A DNA stretch of 64,000 nt from Candidatus Bathyarchaeia archaeon. GTDB lineage: Archaea > Thermoproteota > Bathyarchaeia > 40CM-2-53-6. The DNA lies in contig JBEKFP010000001.1 of assembly GCA_050013255.1 (NCBI GenBank), forward strand, positions 96,001-160,000, written 5' to 3'. Of the stretch, positions 10,302 to 19,017 are shown piece by piece; within the stretch, counting starts at the first letter, position 1; each line of letters opens with the position of its first letter. Under the pieces are notes generated by a model that searched no databases, was not told the DNA's origin, and worked only from the letters and a program-made list of their open reading frames with translations. The position numbers and the translations under genes are program-made.

Positions 10302-10349
10302 TGTTACCTTCAGTAACACTTTTATATAAATATTGTTACGTAAGGTAAC
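10302..10349 (-). promoter_or_regulatory. hsp20 promoter: TATA box flanked by two GTTAC-N5-GTAAC palindromes (putative heat-shock repressor operators)
   Basis: TGTTAC-CTTCA-GTAACA at 10302-10318; TTTATATAAA at 10321-10330; GTTAC-GTAAG-GTAAC at 10335-10349. Confidence 0.7.
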
Positions 10350-10412
10350 GCGTCGTTGTCGTTTGGTATGAGAAGGCGCGGCAAACCGTTAGGTGTCTCT
10401 ATCGTGTTGCTT

Positions 10413-10688
10413 TTATGGGGTCGTGAAATAATATTCCGAGCCAGTAGATGTCTCTCGCTTTTTGCCCACAACCGCCTTTCTTTGTAGCAATTTCTCTAAT
10501 GCTACATTTACTCGCTCTGCAGTAGGGTCATTTATTGGTTCAACGACGGCCGTCTGAATAAGTTTTTGAACAATCTCAATAGAAGTGTAGGCCGATTGGC
10601 GATTCTTGCTGAGGAAGTCGAGGACTTCTTCTTCTAAAGTTGGGCCAATTGCTTTTAGTTTCTCAAATTCGTTCCTAGAGATCGGCAA
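10413..10688 (-). CDS. Small winged-helix-like hypothetical protein
   Basis: EVLDFLSKNRQSAYTSIEI...VNVALEKLLQRKAV...EYYF pattern typical of a wHTH. Confidence 0.6.
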   Translation of the reverse strand: MPISRNEFEKLKAIGPTLEEEVLDFLSKNRQSAYTSIEIVQKLIQTAVVEPINDPTAERVNVALEKLLQRKAVVGKKRETSTGSEYYFTTP

Positions 10689-10719
10689 CTTAAGTCTGGA
10701 TTTAGGTGAGCGTTGTAGC

Positions 10720-11031
10720 TTAAGAATCCTTCCGATTGGCGTTTTGGACTATCGTAAGCCACTTGTTTTTGCCCGTAATTTGGATTCCCGCTAGTTCCGC
10801 TGGAGTCTTGCCTTTCAGTGCCTCGTGTGGCCTAACGTAATTGTGGTAGATTTGCATTCCAGTTAGAATTGGTGTATCTGGTTTCTCAAGTGTTCGCATA
10901 ACGCCTTCTCTGTCCCGTAGTTCTCCGTTCATGCGCTCCATCTTATTGTTGTAAACTTTTCCAGACATGCGGATTTCTTGGATGTGCTCGGTTCTTGTTT
11001 CAAGGCGCTTCGTGTAGAACTCTTTCAGGTA
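10720..11031 (-). mobile_element. Truncated DDE transposase/integrase C-terminal remnant (archaeal IS6-like)
   Basis: YLKEFYTKRLETRTEHIQEIRMSGKVYNNKMERMNGELRDRE...QIYHNYVRPHEALKGKTPAELAGI; the N-terminal catalytic part is absent. Confidence 0.8.
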
Positions 11032-11182
11032 TCTGAGCCGACAGTGCTGGAATTTACCCGTCTATCGCTATCGAGGTTCACCTAGTAGATCATTAGCCGG
11101 TTGCTCATGATCCCCTCCCCTTTTTCTAAAGGTTAAGGCATGAAAAACCTCGACCGTCTTTATCTGCACTTTCCACCGCTCC

Positions 11183-11479
11183 TGTGGAAGCGGGTGGATC
11201 GGTATTGGGGACATTAATTATCTAGTGTGTTTGCCTCCGAGTAACATTGGTTCCCCACAACATTACACCACCCACCACCCCCCCACGGGGGGTCCACCCA
11301 TTGAGGGGTGGTGCCAAACGGTGCCAAAAGTCCCAGTTGAACAACCTAAAATCCACTTCGAAAGGCGGACAAGGCTTGAATCGAAACCGGCTCCTAAACC
11401 AATTACCCGATTAACCCGCGTCACTTCTTGTCTAGCATATGTTATACACTGGTTGACTATGCGAACCAGTGTAATTGGT
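11183..11479. repeat. Dispersed modular intergenic repeat, long copy
   Basis: 11183-11200 = 36343-36360 (18/18); 11295-11327 = 36361-36393 (33/33); 11449-11472 vs 36450-36473 (23/24); 11252-11276 vs 39288-39312 (23/25). Confidence 0.85.
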
Positions 11480-11485
11480 AACGGA

Positions 11486-11932
11486 TCATCGTCGTCTAAT
11501 TTTACTCAGGAGAACGTAGAGTCCTGATGCGATTAGTATGGCGACGACGGCGTATACGATGTATTTCTCGAGTACGCCGATGCTCACGCCGAGTGCTGTT
11601 ATGTAGCATGGTTCGCCTGGATCGCATGAGCCGTAGACTGCGTAATTGTAGAAGGAATATGCTGTAATGAATAGTGATACGAAGAAGGAGGCGGTAAATG
11701 CCCACGCGAAGATTCTAAAGTTCTGGTAGAAACCTCTCGCCAAGGTCGGGGATATATTGAGCAATTTTGCGGTGACTTTGGCCTTAACCTTCTGCTCAAA
11801 AGCCATGTCGCAGGGACTCAACATCAGGGTTTTCGTAACGCACTTGAACGCTTCCTTTGCGAGCCTGCGATATTTCGCTGACCATATGCTCATCACTGAG
11901 AAGACTACGAGAGCAACCAAACATAGAGGCAT
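11486..11932 (-). CDS. Hypothetical membrane protein with several cysteines
   Basis: 148 aa, about 3 hydrophobic segments; AKEAFKCV..SPCD and GSCDPGEPC. Confidence 0.75.
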   Translation of the reverse strand: MPLCLVALVVFSVMSIWSAKYRRLAKEAFKCVTKTLMLSPCDMAFEQKVKAKVTAKLLNISPTLARGFYQNFRIFAWAFTASFFVSLFITAYSFYNYAVYGSCDPGEPCYITALGVSIGVLEKYIVYAVVAILIASGLYVLLSKIRRR

Positions 11933-12194
11933 TCACAGGCCAGCACCATAACCCCGGAGTCCTAATCCCAAATAATGTTCTTCAATAGAGAACATATACC
12001 ATTCTGGTGTTGAGGCACAGTCTCCACTCCTTCGCCACGGCTAAACCCGCTCTCCTAGCGCGATTCCCTGGACAGGCCATCAGTGTTTTCATAATCATTA
12101 AAGCCGGCGAAGTTATGCTCCCAAAATACCGCACGACTACCCTAGAGGAATTGACACAATTCAAAGTTTTCAGGCAAATGGAAAGGAATGGAAA

Positions 12195-12857
12195 ATGCTC
12201 CAAACGCCATGGGTCAAGCGTGGTCTTCTCAGAATCCTGCTCGGCCTGTTTCTTGTGCTTGCGATGCTAACTTCTTTCGGGCATTACCTGGACACATCTC
12301 TAACTTTGCACATGATTGTTCAACACGCCTTCTACCTTATCGGTGGTTTCTTGATCACGGCAGGCGCGGATATGTTAGTCCTAGCCTGGTCGGGGGTTTC
12401 AAGTACAGCGTCTAGGGCATATTCGGCTTTGTTGCGCATTAATGCCACGTATAACAAGAGAGGTTTAGTGACGTTCTTCATCGCGGGCCTTCTTGTTTGG
12501 TATTGGCATTTGCCAGTAAACTTCGACGCTGCTGTATTGGACGAGAGCATTCACATTCTGATGCATACGACGTTCATGGTAGTTGGAAGTTTGATTTTTG
12601 CTGGCTCGAAGCTCCTAACCTGGCGCGTTCGCACCTTTTTGTTGCTCATACCGAGCAAAGCGATGGGTATCTTCGGAGCGTTCCTAATGTTTACCTCCGG
12701 CTACATTTATTCCGTATACCCAGAGTGGCAACAAACGCAATGCGGCCTTGCTATGGTGGTTATGATGCTGGGGATGGATCTGACCCTCGTCCCGTTTTGG
12801 CTGTACAAATATTTCCAGGCACCCACGGCACCACCCTCTCAGGCGATGGGTCGCTAA
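12195..12857 (+). CDS. DUF1404 / CtaG-like membrane protein (cytochrome c oxidase assembly factor-like)
   Basis: HMIVQH, WYWHLPVNFDAAV, HILMH and YSVYP..QQ motifs; multiple TM helices. Confidence 0.8.
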   Translation: MLQTPWVKRGLLRILLGLFLVLAMLTSFGHYLDTSLTLHMIVQHAFYLIGGFLITAGADMLVLAWSGVSSTASRAYSALLRINATYNKRGLVTFFIAGLLVWYWHLPVNFDAAVLDESIHILMHTTFMVVGSLIFAGSKLLTWRVRTFLLLIPSKAMGIFGAFLMFTSGYIYSVYPEWQQTQCGLAMVVMMLGMDLTLVPFWLYKYFQAPTAPPSQAMGR

Positions 12858-12910
12858 TCCCAAAAAACCTGAAATATGAAGCATGAAAAAGACGATTTGG
12901 TTGGCTTCAC

Positions 12911-13666
12911 ATGGTAGAGTGCGACCGCTGCCATAGGAAATTCGTAACATATGCGGCGCTAAAACAGCATTACGGCGACCAACACTCGAATGCAAAATGG
13001 CCGGACGCGCTCGAGAGCAGGCTAGTTGACGAGAAAAGCCTTCAAACCCATATGGCCAGCTCGACCCCAACTCGAGGCTCGCATACGAAACTGATCCTCG
13101 CGCTAATTCTAATCCTAGTCGTTGTTGGTGGGGGCATGATTTACCTGCCAAGCCTATTCCAAACGAGCACGAACCCTGCTTGCGCAAACTTTCCTTTCCC
13201 TTCAACCGCCAACCAAGACCTGGCTGAACACTACCATGCGCTGCTCTTGATCTACATCAATGGACAGCAACTCCAGTTACCGCCCAACATTGGCGAGGGA
13301 GACTCGGGGCCATGCATTCAACCCCTGCACGTGCACGCGAGCTCACCCGATACAGGGGTAATTCACATCGAAACGCCTCAAGAAAGAACCTACACAATCG
13401 GAGATTTCTTCAGAGTCTGGGCAGCAACCCCCGGCATTGGCGGCCCCACTCCTGCCGTATTCAACCAGAACCAACTCTTCAACTACACCGTCGGTAATGG
13501 CTACGAATTACGGATGTACGTCAACGGCGAACAATCAACGGTTTACGATTCATTGGTTCTTCAAGGCCACATGGTTATTGTAATCGTTTACGGAGCATCT
13601 TCCACTACTAACTGGACCCAATACCAAGGCACCTCAGCTGAAGCGTGGCCATACTCAGGCTACTGA
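12911..13666 (+). CDS. Membrane-anchored protein with a cytoplasmic C2H2 zinc finger and a His-rich extracellular domain
   Basis: CDRC..F...ALKQHYGDQH; one TM helix; HYH...LHVH...GVIHIE. Confidence 0.75.
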   Translation: MVECDRCHRKFVTYAALKQHYGDQHSNAKWPDALESRLVDEKSLQTHMASSTPTRGSHTKLILALILILVVVGGGMIYLPSLFQTSTNPACANFPFPSTANQDLAEHYHALLLIYINGQQLQLPPNIGEGDSGPCIQPLHVHASSPDTGVIHIETPQERTYTIGDFFRVWAATPGIGGPTPAVFNQNQLFNYTVGNGYELRMYVNGEQSTVYDSLVLQGHMVIVIVYGASSTTNWTQYQGTSAEAWPYSGY

Positions 13667-13710
13667 AACTAGAAGGAAATCATCCGCCAAGAACAATACC
13701 GGTATCCAGC

Positions 13711-14223
13711 ATGAGCTCCTCTGACCTTCGTGAAAGAATATTCAACTTAATCTACTCGAAGAACAAAACCGAAGAAGCAATTCTACACTTGAACGCCATT
13801 ATCAAAACCTCGCCTGAAAACAGCCTAGCAATAGCCCTGAAAGCTTACGCCCTAAACAAACTGGCAAACATCCACCGTGAATGGAAGTATTCGCAGCAGG
13901 CGTTAGAATATGCAGATCGCGCCCTGGCTTTGAACCCAAACGATGACCTTGCCCTGACAAGTAAGGGTTGGGCTCTAATCGACCTAGGTAGAGCGAATGA
14001 AGCGCTTCCTTTCTTACAGGAAGCTGTTCGAGCTAACCCGAACAGTGAATATTCTTGGTACAATCTTGCTTGGGCTCAGTATTTGACGGGAGATGCGGTT
14101 GCATCAACAGAATCAATAGCAAGGGCTCTGCGGATTAGTCCGGGCAACCCCATCATTAAACGAGGTAAAGAAATGATGGAGAAGGGCGAAGTGCCCAAGC
14201 ATCTGAAAGCTCAGAAATCCTGA
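13711..14223 (+). CDS. Tetratricopeptide-repeat protein
   Basis: TPR units (ADRALALNPND; EAVRANPNSEYSWYNLAW; ARALRISPGN). Confidence 0.85.
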   Translation: MSSSDLRERIFNLIYSKNKTEEAILHLNAIIKTSPENSLAIALKAYALNKLANIHREWKYSQQALEYADRALALNPNDDLALTSKGWALIDLGRANEALPFLQEAVRANPNSEYSWYNLAWAQYLTGDAVASTESIARALRISPGNPIIKRGKEMMEKGEVPKHLKAQKS

Positions 14224-14240
14224 ACGAGAAACACTTTCTG

Positions 14241-14921
14241 CTAGTCCGCAGGCTGACGCTCGACAAAGTCAGCTAGTTGACTGAGGTTTTCGAATTCATG
14301 GTCAGCTCGTTCAGTTGGCGGAGCCGGTTCAGATTTTCGGTTGACCCAGGCTGTTTTGAATCCCAGCCGACGAGCTGGAGGAATATCATACCTGAACCCC
14401 GACGACACATGCAGAATGCTAGTCGGTTTGGTGCCCAGCTTCTTGAGAGCAAGCTGGAATGGCGTTAATGCGGGCTTGTAGGAACCCGCTGCCTCGGCGG
14501 TTACGGTAATGGCGAACTGAACGCCAAGGTTAGTTTTCGTTTTCTCGATTATGTCGTTATCAATGTTTGAGATTATGCCCAACCTGTGTTTTCTCGCGAG
14601 CCTCTCAAGCGCCATGCTGGTCTCCTTGAATATTGGCCAGGTGGGGACTGATTGTACTAGCCTATCACCATCTTGATCTTTGTAGGCGACTTGGAACCTG
14701 TGGAAAGTTTCCTTCAGACTCAAGCGAAGGATTTCTTTGTAGGGCTTGTAAGGGCCCTGAACCATTTCGAAATCAATGTCCTCACGAACCCTAACTACTT
14801 CAGGTATGTTTGCTGTGGCTCCTTTCTCTCGCAGTATTTCATTGAGGAAGCCTGTGATTCCCGTCTCCCAATCCACTAACGTCCCATAACAGTCGAATGT
14901 TATGGCTGAGAGCATCCACAA
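14241..14921 (-). CDS. HAD-superfamily hydrolase (haloacid dehalogenase type II-like)
   Basis: FDCYGTLVDW; ISNID; YKP. Confidence 0.88.
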   Translation of the reverse strand: MWMLSAITFDCYGTLVDWETGITGFLNEILREKGATANIPEVVRVREDIDFEMVQGPYKPYKEILRLSLKETFHRFQVAYKDQDGDRLVQSVPTWPIFKETSMALERLARKHRLGIISNIDNDIIEKTKTNLGVQFAITVTAEAAGSYKPALTPFQLALKKLGTKPTSILHVSSGFRYDIPPARRLGFKTAWVNRKSEPAPPTERADHEFENLSQLADFVERQPAD

Positions 14922-14964
14922 TCCTCCACGCGAGTGCGCTGAGGTGGGCTTCGTCTTGGCTAGT

Positions 14965-17949
14965 TTAACCTTTGGTTACTCCGATCGGGACGAGTCTGGC
15001 CACTTTGGTTGCTATGCCTAGTTGGTGGCTTACTTCTGCGACGCTGTCAACGTTCTTGTAGGCTTCTGGAGCTTCTTCGCTTACCGTCCCCATGTTCTCC
15101 GCTCGAATCATGATCCCCTTCTTTGAGAGAAGGTCTTCGACCGTCCGTGCTGGGTTCCGCCTCCTTGCAGCTGCTCGGCTCATGAACCGGCCAGCTCCGT
15201 GCGCCGTTGTTCCGAAGCTGAGTTCCATGGATTTGGGTGCCCCGATGAGAACCCAAGACGCTGTGCCCATACTCCCAGGGATCAGGACTGGTTGGCCAAT
15301 CTCCCTGTATTTAGCTGGGACGGCTGAATGACCGGGCGGAAAGGCTCGGGTTGCTCCCTTTCGGTGAACATAGACCTTCTTGGTCCCCCCATCGATTACA
15401 TGCTCCTCAATCTTCGCAATATTGTGGCAGACATCGTAGATCAAACCCATATCCAACTGGTCAGCCGACTTCCCAAAGGTCTTCTCGAAAGACTCTCGCG
15501 TCCAATGGGTTATCATCTGCCTATTCGACCATGCGAAGTTGGCCGCACATGACATGGCGCCGATGTAATCTTCAACCTCGTTACTCTTTGCGGGGGCGCA
15601 GGCCAATTGCCGGTCCGGTAACTTGATTCCATATTTCTGCACGGCACGTTCCATTACTCGCAGGTAGTCGCTGCACACTTGGTAGCCGAACCCCCTGCTC
15701 CCGGTATGGACTAAGACGAGGACTTGGCCTTCCTTCCGGATACCTAATTTATCGGCAACGGGAGCGTCGAAGATCTTATCCACTTTCTCAATCTCGAGGA
15801 AATGATTGCCGCTACCTAGGCTGCCAAGTTGCGGTGCACCGCGTTGCTTAGCAACCCCGGATACCTTGTCTGGGTTAGCGGTCTGCATGCACCCATTTTC
15901 TTCGCAATGTTTCTGGTCCTCAGCCCAACCATACCCATGGTCAACAGCCCACTCAACGCCCTCACCAGTTACCTTCTCCAAATCCCCCTGCGAAAGCCGC
16001 CCAACCTTCCCCCGACTCCCAAGCCCTGAGGGAATATTCACAAACAACGTATCCAGCAACTTCCCAAGAACCGGCCGAACATCAGCCTCAGTCAGATTTG
16101 TGCGAATCAACCGCACTCCACAGTTCGAAACAACCAATCCGTTGGCGATGAAATTGTGACTCCGATCGGCTACTGTGAAGTCGAACACTGATTCATTGAG
16201 TTCCATGGGCTCGATGGTCGCTATTACATCCCAAACGCTTCCGGACTTGCCAAGGCCCACCGTGGCTGCCTGAACATACGCCGCGAACGATGGAAAATCT
16301 TCTGGAATTCGCGGCGCACCTGCTCGTGGTGAATATATTGAACGCTCAATGAAACGTTCATTGACACCCGAACCACCAAGGTGATCGTAGATTGCTTTCG
16401 GTGCAGCTCCGAGGTTCCGCATCGCCACTGCGGAAACAGCAACTCGCATCCTGGCTAGCAGGGCCATTCGCTTGGTCTTGATGTAGTTTACAGCTAATGC
16501 TGCGAGGTAGCTCTTTCTACGATTGTACTCGAAGCCCACGGTTCCCCAGAACCTGATTAAGTTCTCAGGTAACTCTGAGACCTGGAGGCGGACACGCGTC
16601 GAAACAACTCCTGTGCGTGTCCGATTTGTGTCAAAGTCCACCGTGATTGGGTTGCACTTCACTCCCAGCTGATCAAGTAGTTTCTTGATTTGGCGCATCA
16701 TTATCATCCCACCAGAAAGGGCGCGCATATGCTTGCTTTGAGTCAACAACGGGGCCGCCAAAGTCTTTGAATGGCCCGCTACTGTTGCGGGTGTTGACAT
16801 TTCAGCACCGAAGAATGCTCCTAAGAACAGGCGCTTAATCCACAATGGGCACCTGAATAACCAAGTTGGCAGAGCGTAACCCTGTGTAGCCTTTGCGCCT
16901 CTCGGAACACCCATGGCAAACAATAGTGCAGCTAAGCTTCGTGAATGGACGTAGAATCCATGCTCAACACTCGCGAACCGCTTCGTCCCGTACCTTGAGG
17001 TGATCTTGGCCATTCTTTTTCTCGTGTAGACCTTCGTGGGTGAATAACCAAGTTCACGAACATCGCGGCGAATATCCTCCAGATCCTCGCGCTTCCCCCA
17101 GAACCATATGAAAGCACTCACGGGCGTGAAAATAAGCGACCCATCTCCAATTACGTAGCCGAAGATTTTCATTAGGTAAGGCAATTTCGGCGACATGGAT
17201 CGTAGCGGCAAGAGCCCTCTGGCTCGAAGCTCATTTGCGACCGCCGTATTGTTTGCTGGAATCTTTAGGCTCCTGATTTTCCGTTCGCTGACTATTGCAA
17301 AGTCTTCCGGCTCTTCGTAAGGTACGCCCTCGAAGCCGTAAACAGCGACTTTCTCCTCCGTGCGCAGCCGAGATACTTCGCGCATTCCGCTCGGAGTTAG
17401 GATTGGGTGGTCCCCGGTCGCAAGTATCGCGTAGCCGAGTTTCGTTCGAATTCGAAAGGCAACTTTGTTGTTAGGTTGCTTGAGGAACGCAATGATCTTT
17501 GCCTTCTCAAGCCCACTCTGCTTAGATGTTCGGACAGCCACACGTGACCAAGACGACTCAAGTTCGCGAATCGGCACCCGGTATCCAAGTTCGGTTAAAA
17601 CAAGAGCATCGCCGGTCAGGCAGTTTATATCATATCCTATACCGCCGGGGCTTACGACGCCTTCGTCGTAGTCGCTTGCTGCGACTCCGCCTATTGGGAA
17701 GCCGTATCCTTCGTGGCCGTCGGGCATGGTTATTGACCAGTTGTAGAGGCCGGGTAGGGTGGCGACGTTTGCGCATTGCTGCAGGGTAGCGTCGGTCCGC
17801 ATTTTTTCGATTAGCGCATCGTCAGCGTAGATTCTGCCTGGGACGCGCATTCCGGGTTGTGCGTCTTTTGGAATCTCCCAGACGTATTTGTCAATGCGTT
17901 TTATCGGGATTTGCTGGGAGGTGTGGCCGTATGCTGAACCTTGGGACAT
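14965..17949 (-). CDS. rtcB: tRNA-splicing ligase RtcB, intein-containing precursor
   Basis: MPDGHEGYGFPIGGV; GYDIN/C; GSLGSGNHFLE; HTGSRG; HRKGATR; PGSMG; HGAGR; EEAPEAYK. Confidence 0.95.
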   Translation of the reverse strand: MSQGSAYGHTSQQIPIKRIDKYVWEIPKDAQPGMRVPGRIYADDALIEKMRTDATLQQCANVATLPGLYNWSITMPDGHEGYGFPIGGVAASDYDEGVVSPGGIGYDINCLTGDALVLTELGYRVPIRELESSWSRVAVRTSKQSGLEKAKIIAFLKQPNNKVAFRIRTKLGYAILATGDHPILTPSGMREVSRLRTEEKVAVYGFEGVPYEEPEDFAIVSERKIRSLKIPANNTAVANELRARGLLPLRSMSPKLPYLMKIFGYVIGDGSLIFTPVSAFIWFWGKREDLEDIRRDVRELGYSPTKVYTRKRMAKITSRYGTKRFASVEHGFYVHSRSLAALLFAMGVPRGAKATQGYALPTWLFRCPLWIKRLFLGAFFGAEMSTPATVAGHSKTLAAPLLTQSKHMRALSGGMIMMRQIKKLLDQLGVKCNPITVDFDTNRTRTGVVSTRVRLQVSELPENLIRFWGTVGFEYNRRKSYLAALAVNYIKTKRMALLARMRVAVSAVAMRNLGAAPKAIYDHLGGSGVNERFIERSIYSPRAGAPRIPEDFPSFAAYVQAATVGLGKSGSVWDVIATIEPMELNESVFDFTVADRSHNFIANGLVVSNCGVRLIRTNLTEADVRPVLGKLLDTLFVNIPSGLGSRGKVGRLSQGDLEKVTGEGVEWAVDHGYGWAEDQKHCEENGCMQTANPDKVSGVAKQRGAPQLGSLGSGNHFLEIEKVDKIFDAPVADKLGIRKEGQVLVLVHTGSRGFGYQVCSDYLRVMERAVQKYGIKLPDRQLACAPAKSNEVEDYIGAMSCAANFAWSNRQMITHWTRESFEKTFGKSADQLDMGLIYDVCHNIAKIEEHVIDGGTKKVYVHRKGATRAFPPGHSAVPAKYREIGQPVLIPGSMGTASWVLIGAPKSMELSFGTTAHGAGRFMSRAAARRRNPARTVEDLLSKKGIMIRAENMGTVSEEAPEAYKNVDSVAEVSHQLGIATKVARLVPIGVTKG
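16123..17622 (-). mobile_element. Intein (500 aa) with LAGLIDADG homing endonuclease, inserted just before the RtcB active-site Cys
   Basis: Begins CLTGDALV; block B ATGDHPILT; LAGLIDADG-like IFGYVIGDGS and FLGAFFGAEMS; ends VFDFTVADRSHNFIANGLVVSN followed by +1 Cys (CGVRL). Confidence 0.93.
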
Positions 17950-18118
17950 GAGGATCACTCTTAGAATGTGGGGAAAACACGTCCGCGTTCTATTTAAGCT
18001 TCGACAAGTGCGTCCGAAAGATTTGAGAAGCTTGGGTTCATTTATGTTGACGAACTCTCTCACACTTTCACCTCTCTCATCGAGCTAAATCACTACGTGC
18101 GCTAGCTTTCGTTGTGAT

Positions 18119-18490
18119 GTGATAATGGGACGCACGATTCCTTCCTACCGGATGGCGATTGACATGGAGATTGCGAAATGGAAGCCTTTCAGGGATGCGT
18201 TGCGGAAACCTGAGAAAGACATTTGCGAGAACATGCTCTTGCGTTCGAAACTCTACGCTTCAGCAGGCGGCATGGCTGTACGACCAGTCGTACTCGAAGC
18301 CATGTTCATGTCTATCCTCCTAGACCACCACATTCGCCTATTGGAACTAGTCACGGAAATTGAAAAAATCAAGCGTCCCGAGGGAGCGAAAGAACCTAAA
18401 GGAATTGAAAAGTTTCTCCAAGCACCTACATCGGATATTGAAGCATGTCAAACAACCATCGAAACTACGCCGTCGCCCGACAACAACTAA
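18119..18490 (+). CDS. Conserved archaeal small helical protein (MGRTxPxxR family)
   Basis: MGRTIPSYR...WKPFRDALRK...EAMFMSILL. Confidence 0.7.
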   Translation: MIMGRTIPSYRMAIDMEIAKWKPFRDALRKPEKDICENMLLRSKLYASAGGMAVRPVVLEAMFMSILLDHHIRLLELVTEIEKIKRPEGAKEPKGIEKFLQAPTSDIEACQTTIETTPSPDNN

Positions 18491-19017
18491 TCTCATTCTT
18501 GCAAAGCCAGGGATTCAAGCCGCACCCGAACGAGGTATTCTGCCCCGCCGAGCATTGTTGGGTAGACGTAGCGGCTCTGAAAGGCCAAGATTACTGGGCT
18601 TTCGAATACAAATCACGAAATGATTCCATAAAACGAGGGCTAGAGCAATGTTGCTCCTACGCAAAAGCATTCAACTATGTTGTGCTGGTTGCTGATCGGC
18701 ATCGAGCAACTTCAAGCCCATACTTCGGACAGTTCAAGCGCAATGGATTCGGCGTCTGGTCTCATACAATGAAGGGCTTCTATCCGTTACTTAACCCGAA
18801 GAGGCAAGGGGTTCTCAGAAAAGCCGCGGTTGTGGTGGAGCGACAGTTCAGGTGGGCGTTACCCAATATGAAAACAATCCCAGACTCACGCATAACAGAT
18901 TGGCTCGTCCGTCAACCACCCTTGCGGCCGGCAAGTTGTGAACTCAGGGAGGTCCATGTCTTGGAAGAGTTGGGGGCTGCTCGAGGGATCCGTTCTTCCA
19001 CGCGGTTATCTGGCTAG
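18445..19017 (+). CDS. PD-(D/E)XK-fold nuclease-like protein
   Basis: E...WVDVAA..YWAFEYKS..GLEQC..YAKAFNYVVLV. Confidence 0.7.
   Translation: MSNNHRNYAVARQQLISFLQSQGFKPHPNEVFCPAEHCWVDVAALKGQDYWAFEYKSRNDSIKRGLEQCCSYAKAFNYVVLVADRHRATSSPYFGQFKRNGFGVWSHTMKGFYPLLNPKRQGVLRKAAVVVERQFRWALPNMKTIPDSRITDWLVRQPPLRPASCELREVHVLEELGAARGIRSSTRLSG

Noticed and set aside
11183-11479. CRISPR array or MITE of the neighbouring DDE transposase
   Set aside because: No regularly spaced repeats or cas genes, and no terminal inverted repeats or flanking target duplication found
11982-12203. Short ORFs on both strands between the membrane protein and the DUF1404 gene
   Set aside because: No convincing motif or start context; possibly a decayed fragment but not supportable
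17950-18063. N-terminal extension of RtcB given by the ORF track; similar extensions at 38302-38526, 42116-42250, 31047-31124 and 33877-34020
   Set aside because: The extensions cross promoter-like or neighbouring-gene sequence, and family homology starts at the downstream ATG
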